A stretch of 42,796 nucleotides of DNA. Origin: Patescibacteria group bacterium (GTDB lineage: Bacteria; Patescibacteriota; SICC01). A program made the translations under genes and the position numbers. Of the stretch, positions 7,127-17,286 are shown piece after piece; the first letter of the stretch is position 1, and each line of letters opens with the position of its first letter. The DNA lies in contig SICC01000002.1 of NCBI GenBank assembly GCA_009694835.1, positions 1-42,796 on the forward strand, read 5' to 3'. The notes under the pieces are model-generated. The model was not told where the DNA came from and ran no database searches. It saw only the letters and a program-made list of their open reading frames with translations.

Positions 7127-8911
7127 ATGGCTGAGTCCGCCCAAGAGGCACCAGTAGTTCTACCGTCGGTTCTTTCCGTGAAAGAGTTGGCGGAGACGCT
7201 CGAACGTCCCGTTCCGGACGTGATGTCGGCGTTGATTAAGAATGGCGTGATGGCGACGATTAATCAGGATATTGATTTTGAGACCGCTTCAATTATTGCC
7301 AGTGATTTAGGGATTGCGGTCGAAGCCGCACCGGACGAAGAAAAGCAGGAAACGGCTACAACCGTTAAGCCAACCGAAGGAAAGCCGCGTCCACCGATTG
7401 TGACCGTCCTGGGTCACGTTGATCACGGTAAGACGTCACTGCTTGATGCTATTCGGCAGACGGACGTCGTCGCCAAGGAGTCTGGCGGTATCACCCAGCA
7501 CATTGGTGCCTATCAAGTTGAGGCCAAACCGGCCAAAGGCAAGCCGCAGTTGGTCACCTTCCTCGATACTCCAGGGCATGAAGCCTTTACGGCCATGCGG
7601 GCTCATGGCACCAAGATGACTGACGTGGCAATTCTCGTAGTGGCGGCCGATGATGGCGTCAAGCCACAGACAGTCGAGGCCATTGATCACATCAAGGAAG
7701 CGGGCGTTCCGTTCCTGGTGGCCGTAACTAAAATGGACTCAGAAGGTGCCGACGTTAATAAAGTTAAACAAGAGTTAGCTGAGCGCAAAGTCATCGCCGA
7801 AGACTGGGGCGGCGACGTCGTCTTTGCCCAAACTTCCGCGAAAAAAGGCGAGGGTATTCCAGAACTGCTCGAACTAGTCCTGCTTATCTCTGACCTGGCT
7901 GAACCGAAAGGTGATCCTGACGGAGACCTTTCTGGCGTTGTTATCGAATCTCGCTTGTCTCGAGCCAAAGGCGCGGTTGCAACCATTTTAGTCCAACAGG
8001 GCACGCTGAAGGTCGGCGATTATCTGGTTCTGGAGGATGTTACCGGCCGAGTTCGGCTGATGGAAGATTGGCATGGCAAACGCGTCACCGAAGCGACACC
8101 AGGAACGCCGGTGCAAGTTGCCGGACTATCAGGAGTGCCGAGTTACGGTTCGGCGGTGATTGGCGCCAAAGACGAGAAGGATGCCAAGGCCAAGTCAGAG
8201 TTGAATCGTCGACAACAACACGCCAAGCGGTTAAATAAACCCAAGTTGTCAGTTGAAGCCATTAAGCGAGCGGTCGATGCCGGTAAGGTTAAACGGCTGC
8301 CGATTGTTTTGATGGCTGACGTTAAAGGCTCGCTCGATGCGATTGAGAATAGCCTGTCTAAACTTTCTCAGGACGAAGTGGCAATTTCGCTGGTTCATAC
8401 CGGCGTCGGAACAGTTAGTGAGAATGATGTTCGAACCGCTGAGTCAGCCGGGGCAATGATCGTCAGTTTCCGGGCTCGGGTTGAGCCGACCGCCGCGGCG
8501 TTAGCTAAACAGCTCGGCGTTCAAGTCTCGAACTATGACGTCATTTACGAATTGCTTGATGACGTCACCGTTGCCCTCGAAACGTTACTGTCGCCAGAGA
8601 TTATCGTTAACGAAGTCGGTAAGGGCGAAGTCTTAGCAATTTTCCGGACTACCAAAAAGAATCAAATTATTGGCTGCAAGGTTACCAGCGGAAAGTTCGT
8701 GGCTGGATCGGAGTATCGAATCGGTGACAGTAAAGAGTCAGGGACGGTCAAGAAGCTTCAGAAAGTTGATGAGACAGTTGAAGAAGTAGCCTCCGGTACG
8801 GAATGTGGGCTAACGATTGACGGACCGCAAGCTGAAGTTGGTCAAAAAGTCACCCTTTTCCGAACCATTACGAAGCCGAGAAAGCTCAAGCCGGTCACCG
8901 GAGGGAAGTAA
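7127..8911 (+). CDS. infB: translation initiation factor IF-2
   Basis: 594 aa. Contains the GTPase G-domain GHVDHGKTSLLD..DTPGHEAF..TKMD. Confidence 0.95.
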   Translation: MAESAQEAPVVLPSVLSVKELAETLERPVPDVMSALIKNGVMATINQDIDFETASIIASDLGIAVEAAPDEEKQETATTVKPTEGKPRPPIVTVLGHVDHGKTSLLDAIRQTDVVAKESGGITQHIGAYQVEAKPAKGKPQLVTFLDTPGHEAFTAMRAHGTKMTDVAILVVAADDGVKPQTVEAIDHIKEAGVPFLVAVTKMDSEGADVNKVKQELAERKVIAEDWGGDVVFAQTSAKKGEGIPELLELVLLISDLAEPKGDPDGDLSGVVIESRLSRAKGAVATILVQQGTLKVGDYLVLEDVTGRVRLMEDWHGKRVTEATPGTPVQVAGLSGVPSYGSAVIGAKDEKDAKAKSELNRRQQHAKRLNKPKLSVEAIKRAVDAGKVKRLPIVLMADVKGSLDAIENSLSKLSQDEVAISLVHTGVGTVSENDVRTAESAGAMIVSFRARVEPTAAALAKQLGVQVSNYDVIYELLDDVTVALETLLSPEIIVNEVGKGEVLAIFRTTKKNQIIGCKVTSGKFVAGSEYRIGDSKESGTVKKLQKVDETVEEVASGTECGLTIDGPQAEVGQKVTLFRTITKPRKLKPVTGGK

Positions 8912-9231
8912 TGAGTCGCCGGATCGACCAGGTCAATGCACTGCTGGGGGCAGAGCTCGGTAGGGTTATGGTTCGACTGACGCCGACCACTACGGTGGTC
9001 ACTATTACCGAAGTGCAGACGAGTAGCGACTTAGCTCACGCCACCGTGTGGGTGAGCGTATTGCCTGATAGCGATGCGGTTTGGAATGAGCTTAATAAGC
9101 AATTACCGGAGCTGCAGGCTGGATTGGCCGGGCGAATAGAACTGAAGCGAACGCCAAAACTTCAGCTCAAGCGTGATCAATCAGGTGAATCAGTCGATCG
9201 GATTAATACGCTCTTGGGTAAATCATCATGA
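8911..9231 (+). CDS. rbfA: ribosome-binding factor A
   Basis: 106 aa. RbfA-like core VTITEVQTSSDLAHATVWVSV. TAATG overlap with infB, in the classic infB-rbfA order. Confidence 0.85.
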   Translation: MSRRIDQVNALLGAELGRVMVRLTPTTTVVTITEVQTSSDLAHATVWVSVLPDSDAVWNELNKQLPELQAGLAGRIELKRTPKLQLKRDQSGESVDRINTLLGKSS

Positions 9232-10232
9232 TCCCGGGCCCGCAGTTAACAGGAGTTAAAAGTAGCTTAGAGCGAGCAGTACGGCCGGCGATGGTCTGCC
9301 ACCGTAAGCCGGATGGCGACGCAGTTGGTTCCACCTTGGGCTTAGCCGCTTTACTAAGGACGTTGGGTAGTAATCCGACTCCGATGTGTATTGACCCAGT
9401 GCCGCTTCAGACTCAATTCCTGCCCGGATCAGATACCTTTCGAACCACCGTACCGGATGATACTGACTTGATTGTAATGCTGGACTGCGGCAGTGACGCC
9501 ATGCCAGGTCTTGATGCAACTGAGTTACGAAAAGCTCCATTGGTCGACATTGATCACCACCCACATACCGGTCGGCCGCCCACTCCGCGTTTGGCCGTGT
9601 ACGACATCGAAGCATCCTCAACCGCCGAAATGGTCTATGCCATTGCTCGCCATTCCGGGTGGAAGATTAATCGCCAGGCCGCAACCTGCTTACTGACGGG
9701 AATTGTCACCGATACATCGGCTTTCCAAAATACCAACGTCACCCCAGCTACCTTGGAGGCTTCGGGCGACCTGCTTCGCCGCGGTGCTCGCTTTAAGGAG
9801 ATTATTCGACACTGCTTTTATTCAAGTTCCGTCGCTAAGTTGCGGTTGTGGGGGATTGCCATGGCGCGGATGGAGCAAAGTCCAAAAGTGGCGGGAGTAC
9901 TTTCAACTGTTTTAACCGCTGAGGATATTGCAGAAACTGGGGCGACCTCAGAAGACACGGAAGGATTAGCAGATTTCCTCAAGAGCGTTCCGGGACTCGA
10001 AGCCATGCTACTGCTGACTGATCTGCGAGAAGGGGAAGTTAAAGGCAGTCTGCGAGCGGGACGTCCCGATGTCGATATTTCCGGACTAGCGGAGCTGCTG
10101 GGTGGCGGTGGGCATACTCAAGCCGCCGGATTTAGAGTTCCGGGACGGTTGGTTCAGACCACAGACGAATCCTGGGTTATCAACCCGCCATCACGCACTG
10201 ACGAACCGACCGCCGCGACGAAGACCGCGTAA
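9228..10232 (+). CDS. nrnA: DHH/DHHA1 phosphoesterase (NrnA-like nanoRNase/pAp phosphatase)
   Basis: 334 aa. Motifs HRKPDGDAVGS, DCGS, DHH and GGGGH. Confidence 0.8.
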   Translation: MIPGPQLTGVKSSLERAVRPAMVCHRKPDGDAVGSTLGLAALLRTLGSNPTPMCIDPVPLQTQFLPGSDTFRTTVPDDTDLIVMLDCGSDAMPGLDATELRKAPLVDIDHHPHTGRPPTPRLAVYDIEASSTAEMVYAIARHSGWKINRQAATCLLTGIVTDTSAFQNTNVTPATLEASGDLLRRGARFKEIIRHCFYSSSVAKLRLWGIAMARMEQSPKVAGVLSTVLTAEDIAETGATSEDTEGLADFLKSVPGLEAMLLLTDLREGEVKGSLRAGRPDVDISGLAELLGGGGHTQAAGFRVPGRLVQTTDESWVINPPSRTDEPTAATKTA

Positions 10233-11114
10233 CCACGCCTCGCCACTCATGGCCGATTTTCCAGCTGGTTTGAGTTCCTTGATTTCAAGATCGCCATCAC
10301 CAGTGGAAATCACCAGAGGGGCTTGTTCTTGAAAGGTACCCGGGGTAGCACTATCGCTTTTATCGGCAATAGCGACTTTAAGAATGACGACCGATTGCCC
10401 CTCGAAGATTGTATGAGCACCTGGCCACGGCTGCATCGCTCGCACGAATCGTTCGAGGTATTCGGCATCGCGCATCCAATCAACCTGCCCGTCCTTTTTC
10501 GAAAGCGTGCGGGTCATCGTAGCGGCAGCTTCATCTTGTGGTTCAGGCTGAATCGAACCGTCTACGTACTGTGGAAGCGTTTTAATAAGTAACTCACCGC
10601 CTGCGCTCGCCACTTTTTGCATTAACGTGCCAGCAGTGTCGTTTGAAGCAATCGGCACGGTCTGCTGACTGACAATCGGTCCGGCATCCAGCTCAGATAC
10701 CACTTCCATAATTGTCACACCAGTCTCGTCCAAACCATCCAGGATAGCTTGCTGAACAGGGGAGGCACCGCGGTAGCGGGGTAGTTGTGATCCGTGGACA
10801 TTCAGCCAGCGACCGCTTGCCGTTTCTAAAACAACATCCGGAACGAGCTGTCCGTAGGCTGCTACGACGACTACGTCAGGGTTGGCGGTCACAATATCGT
10901 CCGTAACCTCGATAACCTTTTTCGGTTTCAGCACTGTCAGCTTCTTCTTGGTGGCCCATACCCCAACTGGTGACGATTCTGTATCGCCCCGGCCTCGTTT
11001 TTGCGTTACTCGATCTGGCTGAGTGATGACCAATGGAATCTCAATTCCAGCAGAAACCAAATTTTCCAGTACCGTCCGGCCAAGTTCGGGGGTTCCTAAG
11101 AAAACAACCTTCAT
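10191..11114 (-). CDS. fmt: methionyl-tRNA formyltransferase
   Basis: 307 aa. Contains MKVVFLGTPE, LNVHGSQLPRYRGASP and a C-terminal Fmt domain. Confidence 0.93.
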   Translation of the reverse strand: MKVVFLGTPELGRTVLENLVSAGIEIPLVITQPDRVTQKRGRGDTESSPVGVWATKKKLTVLKPKKVIEVTDDIVTANPDVVVVAAYGQLVPDVVLETASGRWLNVHGSQLPRYRGASPVQQAILDGLDETGVTIMEVVSELDAGPIVSQQTVPIASNDTAGTLMQKVASAGGELLIKTLPQYVDGSIQPEPQDEAAATMTRTLSKKDGQVDWMRDAEYLERFVRAMQPWPGAHTIFEGQSVVILKVAIADKSDSATPGTFQEQAPLVISTGDGDLEIKELKPAGKSAMSGEAWLRGLRRGGRFVSA

Positions 11115-11641
11115 TACATCTCCGCGTTATGCACGTCCCCGTCAGCTACGAACCGAGTTTGCCACTCTTCTTCGGAAATAGTCCGAACGTTTCGGAGGTC
11201 ATCCATCCGATCCGGAAAGAGAATACCGTCCAAATGATCAATTTCATGTTGAATAACTCGAGCCAGCAACTCATCAGCCTTGACGGTGACCACGTTTCCG
11301 TCCGGAGTCTGAGCCTGCATTGTGACTTTTTTCGGACGCCGTACTTCACCAAGCAGTCTCGGGAGACTTAAGCAGCCTTCTTCCCAGGGAATTTGCTTGG
11401 GTGATGTCTCGGAAATCTTCGGATTGATGTAGGCTTCTGGGGTGCCGCCGGCTGAAGTCACAAATAAGCGAATACTTTTACCAACTTGTGGTGCGGCCAA
11501 CCCCACCCCACCCTCGGTTTTCATTGTCGCCAACAGATTTTCCGCCAAGTCAGTAACCTCGCTCGGTTTTTTGACCGGTGCAGCTACCGCCCGGAGAACG
11601 GGGTCGTCGGATTTGACTAACGTGAGGCGTTTTCCTGCCAT
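11114..11641 (-). CDS. def: peptide deformylase
   Basis: 175 aa. Motifs GVGLAAPQ, EGCLSLP and HEIDHLDG. Confidence 0.95.
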   Translation of the reverse strand: MAGKRLTLVKSDDPVLRAVAAPVKKPSEVTDLAENLLATMKTEGGVGLAAPQVGKSIRLFVTSAGGTPEAYINPKISETSPKQIPWEEGCLSLPRLLGEVRRPKKVTMQAQTPDGNVVTVKADELLARVIQHEIDHLDGILFPDRMDDLRNVRTISEEEWQTRFVADGDVHNAEM

Positions 11642-11703
11642 GCCTTTATGGTACCCGATGAATGCCGCCGCGGGGGCTCTCAGGTATACTGGCTGAGTTG
11701 CCT

Positions 11704-12777
11704 ATGAGTGCCAAAAAACCCAACGTCTACGCCATTATCCTCTGCGGCGGTTCCGGCAGCCGCCTGTGGCCGCGTTCGCGGAGTGGGCACCCTAAGCACC
11801 TGTTAACCCTGAATGGCGGACGGACGCTGGTCCAGGAGACGATTGCCCGCGCGAAACTGTCACCGAAACGGGTATTTTGTATCACCGAAGCCTCGCATGC
11901 CAAGATCCTCGCCAAACAAGTTCCGGAAATTCCAAAGTCGAATATCATTATCGAGCCAGACCGGCGGGGAACCGCTTCGGCTATTGCTCTGGCCATCGCG
12001 GAACTAAGTAAGGTAGCCAAGCCGGATGACGTCGTGGTTTCCTTGCACGCCGATCACCTCATCAAAGACCGCGTTGAGTTTGAACGAACCATGGATGCCT
12101 GGGTGGCCGCGGCCGCCTCGTTACCCCGGATTATTACGCTTGGTATTCAACCGACCTATCCGTCGACCGGACTCGGCTACATCAACCTTGGTGACCGACT
12201 AAAGCAAACTAAGGGATTTGACGTATTCGCCATCGAGCAATTCGTCGAAAAGCCGAATGAAACCATCGCCAAAGCCTACCTAAAAAGCGGAAAGTACTTA
12301 TGGAACGCCGGACTATTCGCGGCCAAGCTGAAGACATTCGAGCATGAGCTGACCACCCATATGCCAAAACTGATGGAGACGGTCCGAAAAATGGTTGAGT
12401 CAAAGCCGACTGTCGCTAAGAAGCTCTATCTTTCCCTCAAGCCAGAGACGATTGACTATGGTGTTTTAGAGAAATCGAAGAACTTGGCGGTTATCCCGGC
12501 GAGCTTCGACTGGGCTGACATGGGATCCTGGGCCGACTTGCACGATGTCCTAGAACATGACAATCACGATAACGTCATCGAAGGGGAATATGTCGACATT
12601 GATACTAAGAATTGCTTTGTCTATTCACCAGATCGACTAGTGGCCACCATCGGGGTTGAGGACCTTGTTATCATTAACACCAAAGACGCCATCCTAATCT
12701 GTCCAAAGGACCGCTCACAGGATGTGAAGAAGATCGTCGAACAACTTAAGGCGCGCGGCCAGACCAAATTCCTTTAG
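11704..12777 (+). CDS. manC: mannose-1-phosphate guanylyltransferase (nucleotidyltransferase domain only)
   Basis: Contains AIILCGGSGSRLWPRSR. Start moved from 11662 to ATG 11704 because a GGTATACT -10 lies at 11683..11690. 357 aa, with no cupin/isomerase domain. Confidence 0.8.
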   Translation: MSAKKPNVYAIILCGGSGSRLWPRSRSGHPKHLLTLNGGRTLVQETIARAKLSPKRVFCITEASHAKILAKQVPEIPKSNIIIEPDRRGTASAIALAIAELSKVAKPDDVVVSLHADHLIKDRVEFERTMDAWVAAAASLPRIITLGIQPTYPSTGLGYINLGDRLKQTKGFDVFAIEQFVEKPNETIAKAYLKSGKYLWNAGLFAAKLKTFEHELTTHMPKLMETVRKMVESKPTVAKKLYLSLKPETIDYGVLEKSKNLAVIPASFDWADMGSWADLHDVLEHDNHDNVIEGEYVDIDTKNCFVYSPDRLVATIGVEDLVIINTKDAILICPKDRSQDVKKIVEQLKARGQTKFL

Positions 12778-12780
12778 TAT

Positions 12781-14127
12781 ATGAACCTCAAACGAACCAA
12801 ACTGATGCTGCTGGGGATTATCCTCCTAACGATTGTGTGCGCCATTATTGTCTGGCCAAAAGGTCCGAACCTGAATCTCAAACCCGTCGGTATTGATTAC
12901 CACGAGCAGCTGAAAATCCATGAAGGCTTGGACTTGGAAGGCGGGTCACACTTGGTGTACGAAGCTGACGTCTCGAAAGTCCCCTCGAAAGAACGAACCA
13001 ACGCCCTCGATTCAGCCAAAGAGGTGATTGATCGACGCGTGAATGGACTCGGTGTCAGTGAGCCGCTGGTGCAATCGAACCAGACGGGCGGTACCTACCG
13101 GATCATTGTTGAGCTCCCCGGCATTACCGATGTCAGCCAAGCCAATGACGTGATTGGCCAGACCGCTAAGTTGGAATTCTGGGAGCCGAATCCCACGCCG
13201 ACTCCGCCAGCCGAAGGGGCGACCCCAAATCCGCTGTCTGAATTTAAGCCGACCAACTTGAGTGGGGCCGATCTTAAGACCGCGGCGGTTGGGTTTAACC
13301 AGCAAACCGGAGAGCCGGAAGTTAATCTGACGTTCAATGCGGAAGGCACCAAGAAGTTTGGCGAGATTACTACGCGCAGCGTCGGCAAGCAGGTTCCGAT
13401 TGTGCTCGACGGCGTTCCGGTTAGTTCACCGACTATCCAAGAAGCGATTACCGGCGGTAACGCGCAGATTACTGGGGGATTTTCGGCTGATGAAGCGAAG
13501 CAGCTGGTGGTTCAATTAAAGGCTGGTGCGTTGCCCGTACCACTTAAGCTCGCCGAACAACGAACGATTGGGCCAACGCTTGGTAAGGATTCGGTGCAGA
13601 AGAGTTTGGCAGCTGGGTTAATCGGATTGATTCTGGTGGCTGGATTTATGATCTTCTACTACCGACTGCCAGGCGTGCTGGCGGTGGGAGCCCTGCTCGT
13701 CTACACCCTGATTATGGTGGCCCTCTTTAAGCTCATTCCAGTCACGCTCACACTGGCTGGAATTGCCGGATTCATCTTATCGATCGGTATTGCGGTCGAT
13801 GCCAATATTTTGATTTTCGAACGGATGAAGGAAGAGCTGCGTTCCGGGCGGCCGATTAACTCGGCGGTCGAGGTTGGGTTCTCCCGAGCCTTCACGTCAA
13901 TCAGGGATTCGAACGTGGCCTCGTTGCTGATGTCGCTGGTGCTCTACACGTTTGGATCGGGAACCATTCGTGGATTTGCGGTCGTGCTAGCGCTCGGGGT
14001 GGCGGTTTCATTCTTCTCGGCCATTACCGTAACCCGCACTTTCGTTCGTCTGACCGCCCGGACCCGACTGGGAAAGCATCTGACCTGGTGGGGACTAAGG
14101 AAAGACGAGGTGTCTGATGCTGCTTGA
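12781..14127 (+). CDS. secD: protein translocase subunit SecD
   Basis: 448 aa. N-terminal TM helix, periplasmic domain, then a C-terminal 5-TM block (IAGFILSIGIAVDANILIFER). Confidence 0.92.
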   Translation: MNLKRTKLMLLGIILLTIVCAIIVWPKGPNLNLKPVGIDYHEQLKIHEGLDLEGGSHLVYEADVSKVPSKERTNALDSAKEVIDRRVNGLGVSEPLVQSNQTGGTYRIIVELPGITDVSQANDVIGQTAKLEFWEPNPTPTPPAEGATPNPLSEFKPTNLSGADLKTAAVGFNQQTGEPEVNLTFNAEGTKKFGEITTRSVGKQVPIVLDGVPVSSPTIQEAITGGNAQITGGFSADEAKQLVVQLKAGALPVPLKLAEQRTIGPTLGKDSVQKSLAAGLIGLILVAGFMIFYYRLPGVLAVGALLVYTLIMVALFKLIPVTLTLAGIAGFILSIGIAVDANILIFERMKEELRSGRPINSAVEVGFSRAFTSIRDSNVASLLMSLVLYTFGSGTIRGFAVVLALGVAVSFFSAITVTRTFVRLTARTRLGKHLTWWGLRKDEVSDAA

Positions 14128-15028
14128 ACTCGTCCGCTACCGACGTTGGTGGTATGCCTTTTCGGCGCTGATTATTGTGCCTGGGTTGATTAGCCTCAGT
14201 CTCTATGGCCTCAACCTCGGCATCGACTTCACCGGCGGCTCGTTGATGGAACTGAACGTCCCATCTGGAACCCAGGGTCAGCAAGTAAAAGACGCCATTG
14301 GGCATCAGTACGATCCTATCGTCCAATCAACCTCGAACAACTCCTACCAGGTTCGACTGAAAGAACTGACTCCAGCTCAGCACACCCAGGTTCTTGACCA
14401 GGTTAAACAACAAATTGGGCCGAGTGTAACGGAAGAACGTTTTGAGACTGTTGGGCCAACTATTTCTGAAGACCTCACCCGCAAGGCAATTCTTTCGGTG
14501 ATTCTTGGATCGCTGCTGATTGTGGCCTACATCGCCTACGCCTTCCGAAACGTCCCCAAGCCGGCCAGCAGTTGGCGGTTCGGAGTCACCACCATCTTGA
14601 CCTTGGTGCACGACCTCATCTTTACGCTTGGTGTCTTCTCACTACTCGGCCATTTCTTCGGCGTTGAAGTTGATGCGAACTTTGTAGCCGCTCTGCTAAC
14701 CGTCATTGGCTTCTCGGTTCACGACACGATCGTGGTCTTTGACCGAATCCGTGAGAATCTCATCCGCGGGCAAGGGAAGACCTTTGAGGACACGGTTAAC
14801 TTCTCGATCGTTCAAACTATCGTTCGATCTATTAATACTTCTCTGACCGTATTGCTCGTCTTGGCGGCGATGTATCTCTTTGGCGGATCGTCCATTCAGA
14901 CGTTTGTCCTCGCCCTGCTCGTCGGTATAGCGGCTGGAACATACTCATCAATCTTCAACGCTGCCCCAATCCTCGTGACCTGGCAGAACTGGGCCGACAA
15001 GCGGGCAGCGAAGAAAGCGAAGGCTTAA
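14117..15028 (+). CDS. secF: protein translocase subunit SecF
   Basis: 303 aa. Contains LGIDFTGG and VHDTIVVFDRIRE. 11-nt overlap with secD. Confidence 0.92.
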   Translation: MLLELVRYRRWWYAFSALIIVPGLISLSLYGLNLGIDFTGGSLMELNVPSGTQGQQVKDAIGHQYDPIVQSTSNNSYQVRLKELTPAQHTQVLDQVKQQIGPSVTEERFETVGPTISEDLTRKAILSVILGSLLIVAYIAYAFRNVPKPASSWRFGVTTILTLVHDLIFTLGVFSLLGHFFGVEVDANFVAALLTVIGFSVHDTIVVFDRIRENLIRGQGKTFEDTVNFSIVQTIVRSINTSLTVLLVLAAMYLFGGSSIQTFVLALLVGIAAGTYSSIFNAAPILVTWQNWADKRAAKKAKA

Positions 15029-15501
15029 GCGGCTTCTGGCGTGGCGTCCACATCGAGTCCGACCGCTTCGAATAAGTGTTTCTGGTTCTCGCCCCGCTGC
15101 GCCCAAAGCCAGGTAGCGAGTTCTCCGATACCCTTGTTATCCCCGATAGACTGACCCTTTTCTTGCGCGTGATCGTAGTCTTTTTGTCGCTCACGCCTCT
15201 TGGCGGGTCCATTACGATGTTTCCGAATTTTATCCGTTCGTTCATCGCTCCCGACCTTTTCACTTCGTGCTTGATCGTACTGATCCACGAATACCGCTAG
15301 TTCCGTGCCGCCTTTCTCAATAAACTCCTGGTATTCATGGTCGACTCGCAATACTTTTCTGGCTGCTAAGTATAGTTGGCCAAGGTTACCTTCGGGATCT
15401 GCGAGTAGTTCCTCAATTTCCTCGCCCTTGTCTTCGGCGATGCGCTCACCCCGTTGCAGGGGCGCTTCGTCTACGGTTGGGTTTTCGCTTCGCGTTGCCA
15501 T
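15025..15501 (-). CDS. hypothetical highly charged soluble protein
   Basis: The ORF track gives 15025..15540. I trimmed it to ATG 15501 (MATRSENPTVDE...), 158 aa. It is K/R/E/D-rich, has no hydrophobic segment, and I recognise no family. Confidence 0.5.
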   Translation of the reverse strand: MATRSENPTVDEAPLQRGERIAEDKGEEIEELLADPEGNLGQLYLAARKVLRVDHEYQEFIEKGGTELAVFVDQYDQARSEKVGSDERTDKIRKHRNGPAKRRERQKDYDHAQEKGQSIGDNKGIGELATWLWAQRGENQKHLFEAVGLDVDATPEAA

Positions 15502-15543
15502 GCTTGTGCGTATAATTACTATTACGACACCATACTGCAAGGT

Positions 15544-17286
15544 ATGTTAAAAAGCAAGTCAACCATGGGTACAATTACTACACCAGCACCGAGATGGACT
15601 ATCGCCAAGCCGGCTCCAACAGAGCTGTTCGAGGCGTTTCCGGAGTATCCACGGCCAATTGTGCAGATGCTGTTTAATCGGGGCGTTACGGCCGATGAAG
15701 CTATTACGAATTTTCTTGATCCTGTGTACCCACGAGATTTACACGATCCGTTAGCCCTTGGTGGGGTCAAAGAAGCGGTGGAGATCATCAAGCAAAGCAT
15801 TGCGGACAGTGAACGAATCGTCATTCACGGAGATTATGATGCGGACGGGTTAACCGCCACCGCACTACTACTGGACGTTCTCACCCAACTTGGGGCTAAT
15901 GTTTCATCGTTCATTCCAAATCGCTACGAAGAAGGGTATGGAGTGGCGGCGGCCACACTCAAAAAACTGCGGGCAGAAAAGGCTGACTTGGTAATCACGG
16001 TCGACTGCGGCATCTCTAGTGCGGTAGAAATCGCTGCAGCCCGGAAAGCTGGGTTAAAGGTTATCGTGACCGATCACCACACCGCCCCAAAAAATATCCC
16101 CAAAGCCGAAGCCGTCATCAACCCGAATCAACCAGGGGATACCTATCCAAACAAAGCTCTTACTGGAGCTGGGGTAGCTTTTAAGTTAGCCCAAGCGCTA
16201 CTGCTTAAATATGTCTCTGACGAGAAAAAGCGAGACGCGGCCGAAAAGTGGCTGCTCGACTTAGTGGCAATTGGAACCGTAGCCGACATGGCCGATCTTC
16301 GCGGCGAAAATAGAACGCTGGTGAAGTACGGATTGGTCGTACTGAAACAGAGTCGTCGACCAGGATTACGCCATTTACTTCGCACCGCAGATATTGCGCC
16401 CGAGAAGCTTACAGCTCGCAGCATCGGCTACAGTATCGGGCCGCGACTAAATGCTCCAGGAAGACTTGGTCATGCTAACGAAGCCTTGGCTTTGCTTACT
16501 ACTCATGATGACGGAGAAGCGCGCGGGCTGGCTTTCAAGCTAGACACCTACAATCGCGAACGACGACAGGTGACTTCGGGTGCGGTTGAAGAGGTTGAAC
16601 AGCAACTACCAACATTGACCGATAACGATCGGATTATTGTCATTGATGGGGCTTGGCAGTCGGGCGTGGTTGGATTGATTGCCGGTCAATTATCGCGTGA
16701 GTATTCTCGTCCAGCCGTTGTGATTGAGCGAGGGGAAACCATATCGCGAGGCTCCGTTAGAAGTATTCCTGGGTTTAACGTGGCCAAGGCTCTCCAGGCC
16801 CATCAATCGTTACTGCAAACGTATGGGGGTCACGCCGGGGCCGGAGGATTTTCAATTAGCACCAACAAACTTGAACGGTTCCGTATAAAATTGGAGGAGT
16901 TTGCGCGACAAACGCTCTCCGCCCGCCAACTTCGACCTACGTTAGAGATCGAGGCCGAGCTCTTATCGAAAGATTTGAATTGGGAGCTCCTCGATCGGCT
17001 AAGTGCATTTGAACCGTTTGGTATTGGTAATACTGAACCGAACCTGCTACTTACTGTCGTAATTGTTCAAGATATTTCAGTAGTCGGGCAAGATGCCAGC
17101 CATCTGAAGCTGGTCGTTCAGCCTCAGGGCGGTGAGCGGCTAACCGTTCTAGCATTTGGGATGGCCAAACGAAGGGACGAGCTAGCTGTTGGTAAACCAA
17201 TTGATCTCGTCGGCCGCCCAGTTACTAATGAATTCAACAACCAAAAATCATTGGAGTGGCATGCCTCGGACTTCCGTACCACGTGA
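15544..17286 (+). CDS. recJ: single-stranded-DNA-specific exonuclease RecJ
   Basis: DHH motifs (IHGDYDADG, VDCG, TDHH) and DHHA1 (GGHAGAGG). The start is uncertain: ATG 15544 or 15565. The track's 15454 start would overlap the divergent gene. Confidence 0.88.
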   Translation: MLKSKSTMGTITTPAPRWTIAKPAPTELFEAFPEYPRPIVQMLFNRGVTADEAITNFLDPVYPRDLHDPLALGGVKEAVEIIKQSIADSERIVIHGDYDADGLTATALLLDVLTQLGANVSSFIPNRYEEGYGVAAATLKKLRAEKADLVITVDCGISSAVEIAAARKAGLKVIVTDHHTAPKNIPKAEAVINPNQPGDTYPNKALTGAGVAFKLAQALLLKYVSDEKKRDAAEKWLLDLVAIGTVADMADLRGENRTLVKYGLVVLKQSRRPGLRHLLRTADIAPEKLTARSIGYSIGPRLNAPGRLGHANEALALLTTHDDGEARGLAFKLDTYNRERRQVTSGAVEEVEQQLPTLTDNDRIIVIDGAWQSGVVGLIAGQLSREYSRPAVVIERGETISRGSVRSIPGFNVAKALQAHQSLLQTYGGHAGAGGFSISTNKLERFRIKLEEFARQTLSARQLRPTLEIEAELLSKDLNWELLDRLSAFEPFGIGNTEPNLLLTVVIVQDISVVGQDASHLKLVVQPQGGERLTVLAFGMAKRRDELAVGKPIDLVGRPVTNEFNNQKSLEWHASDFRTT

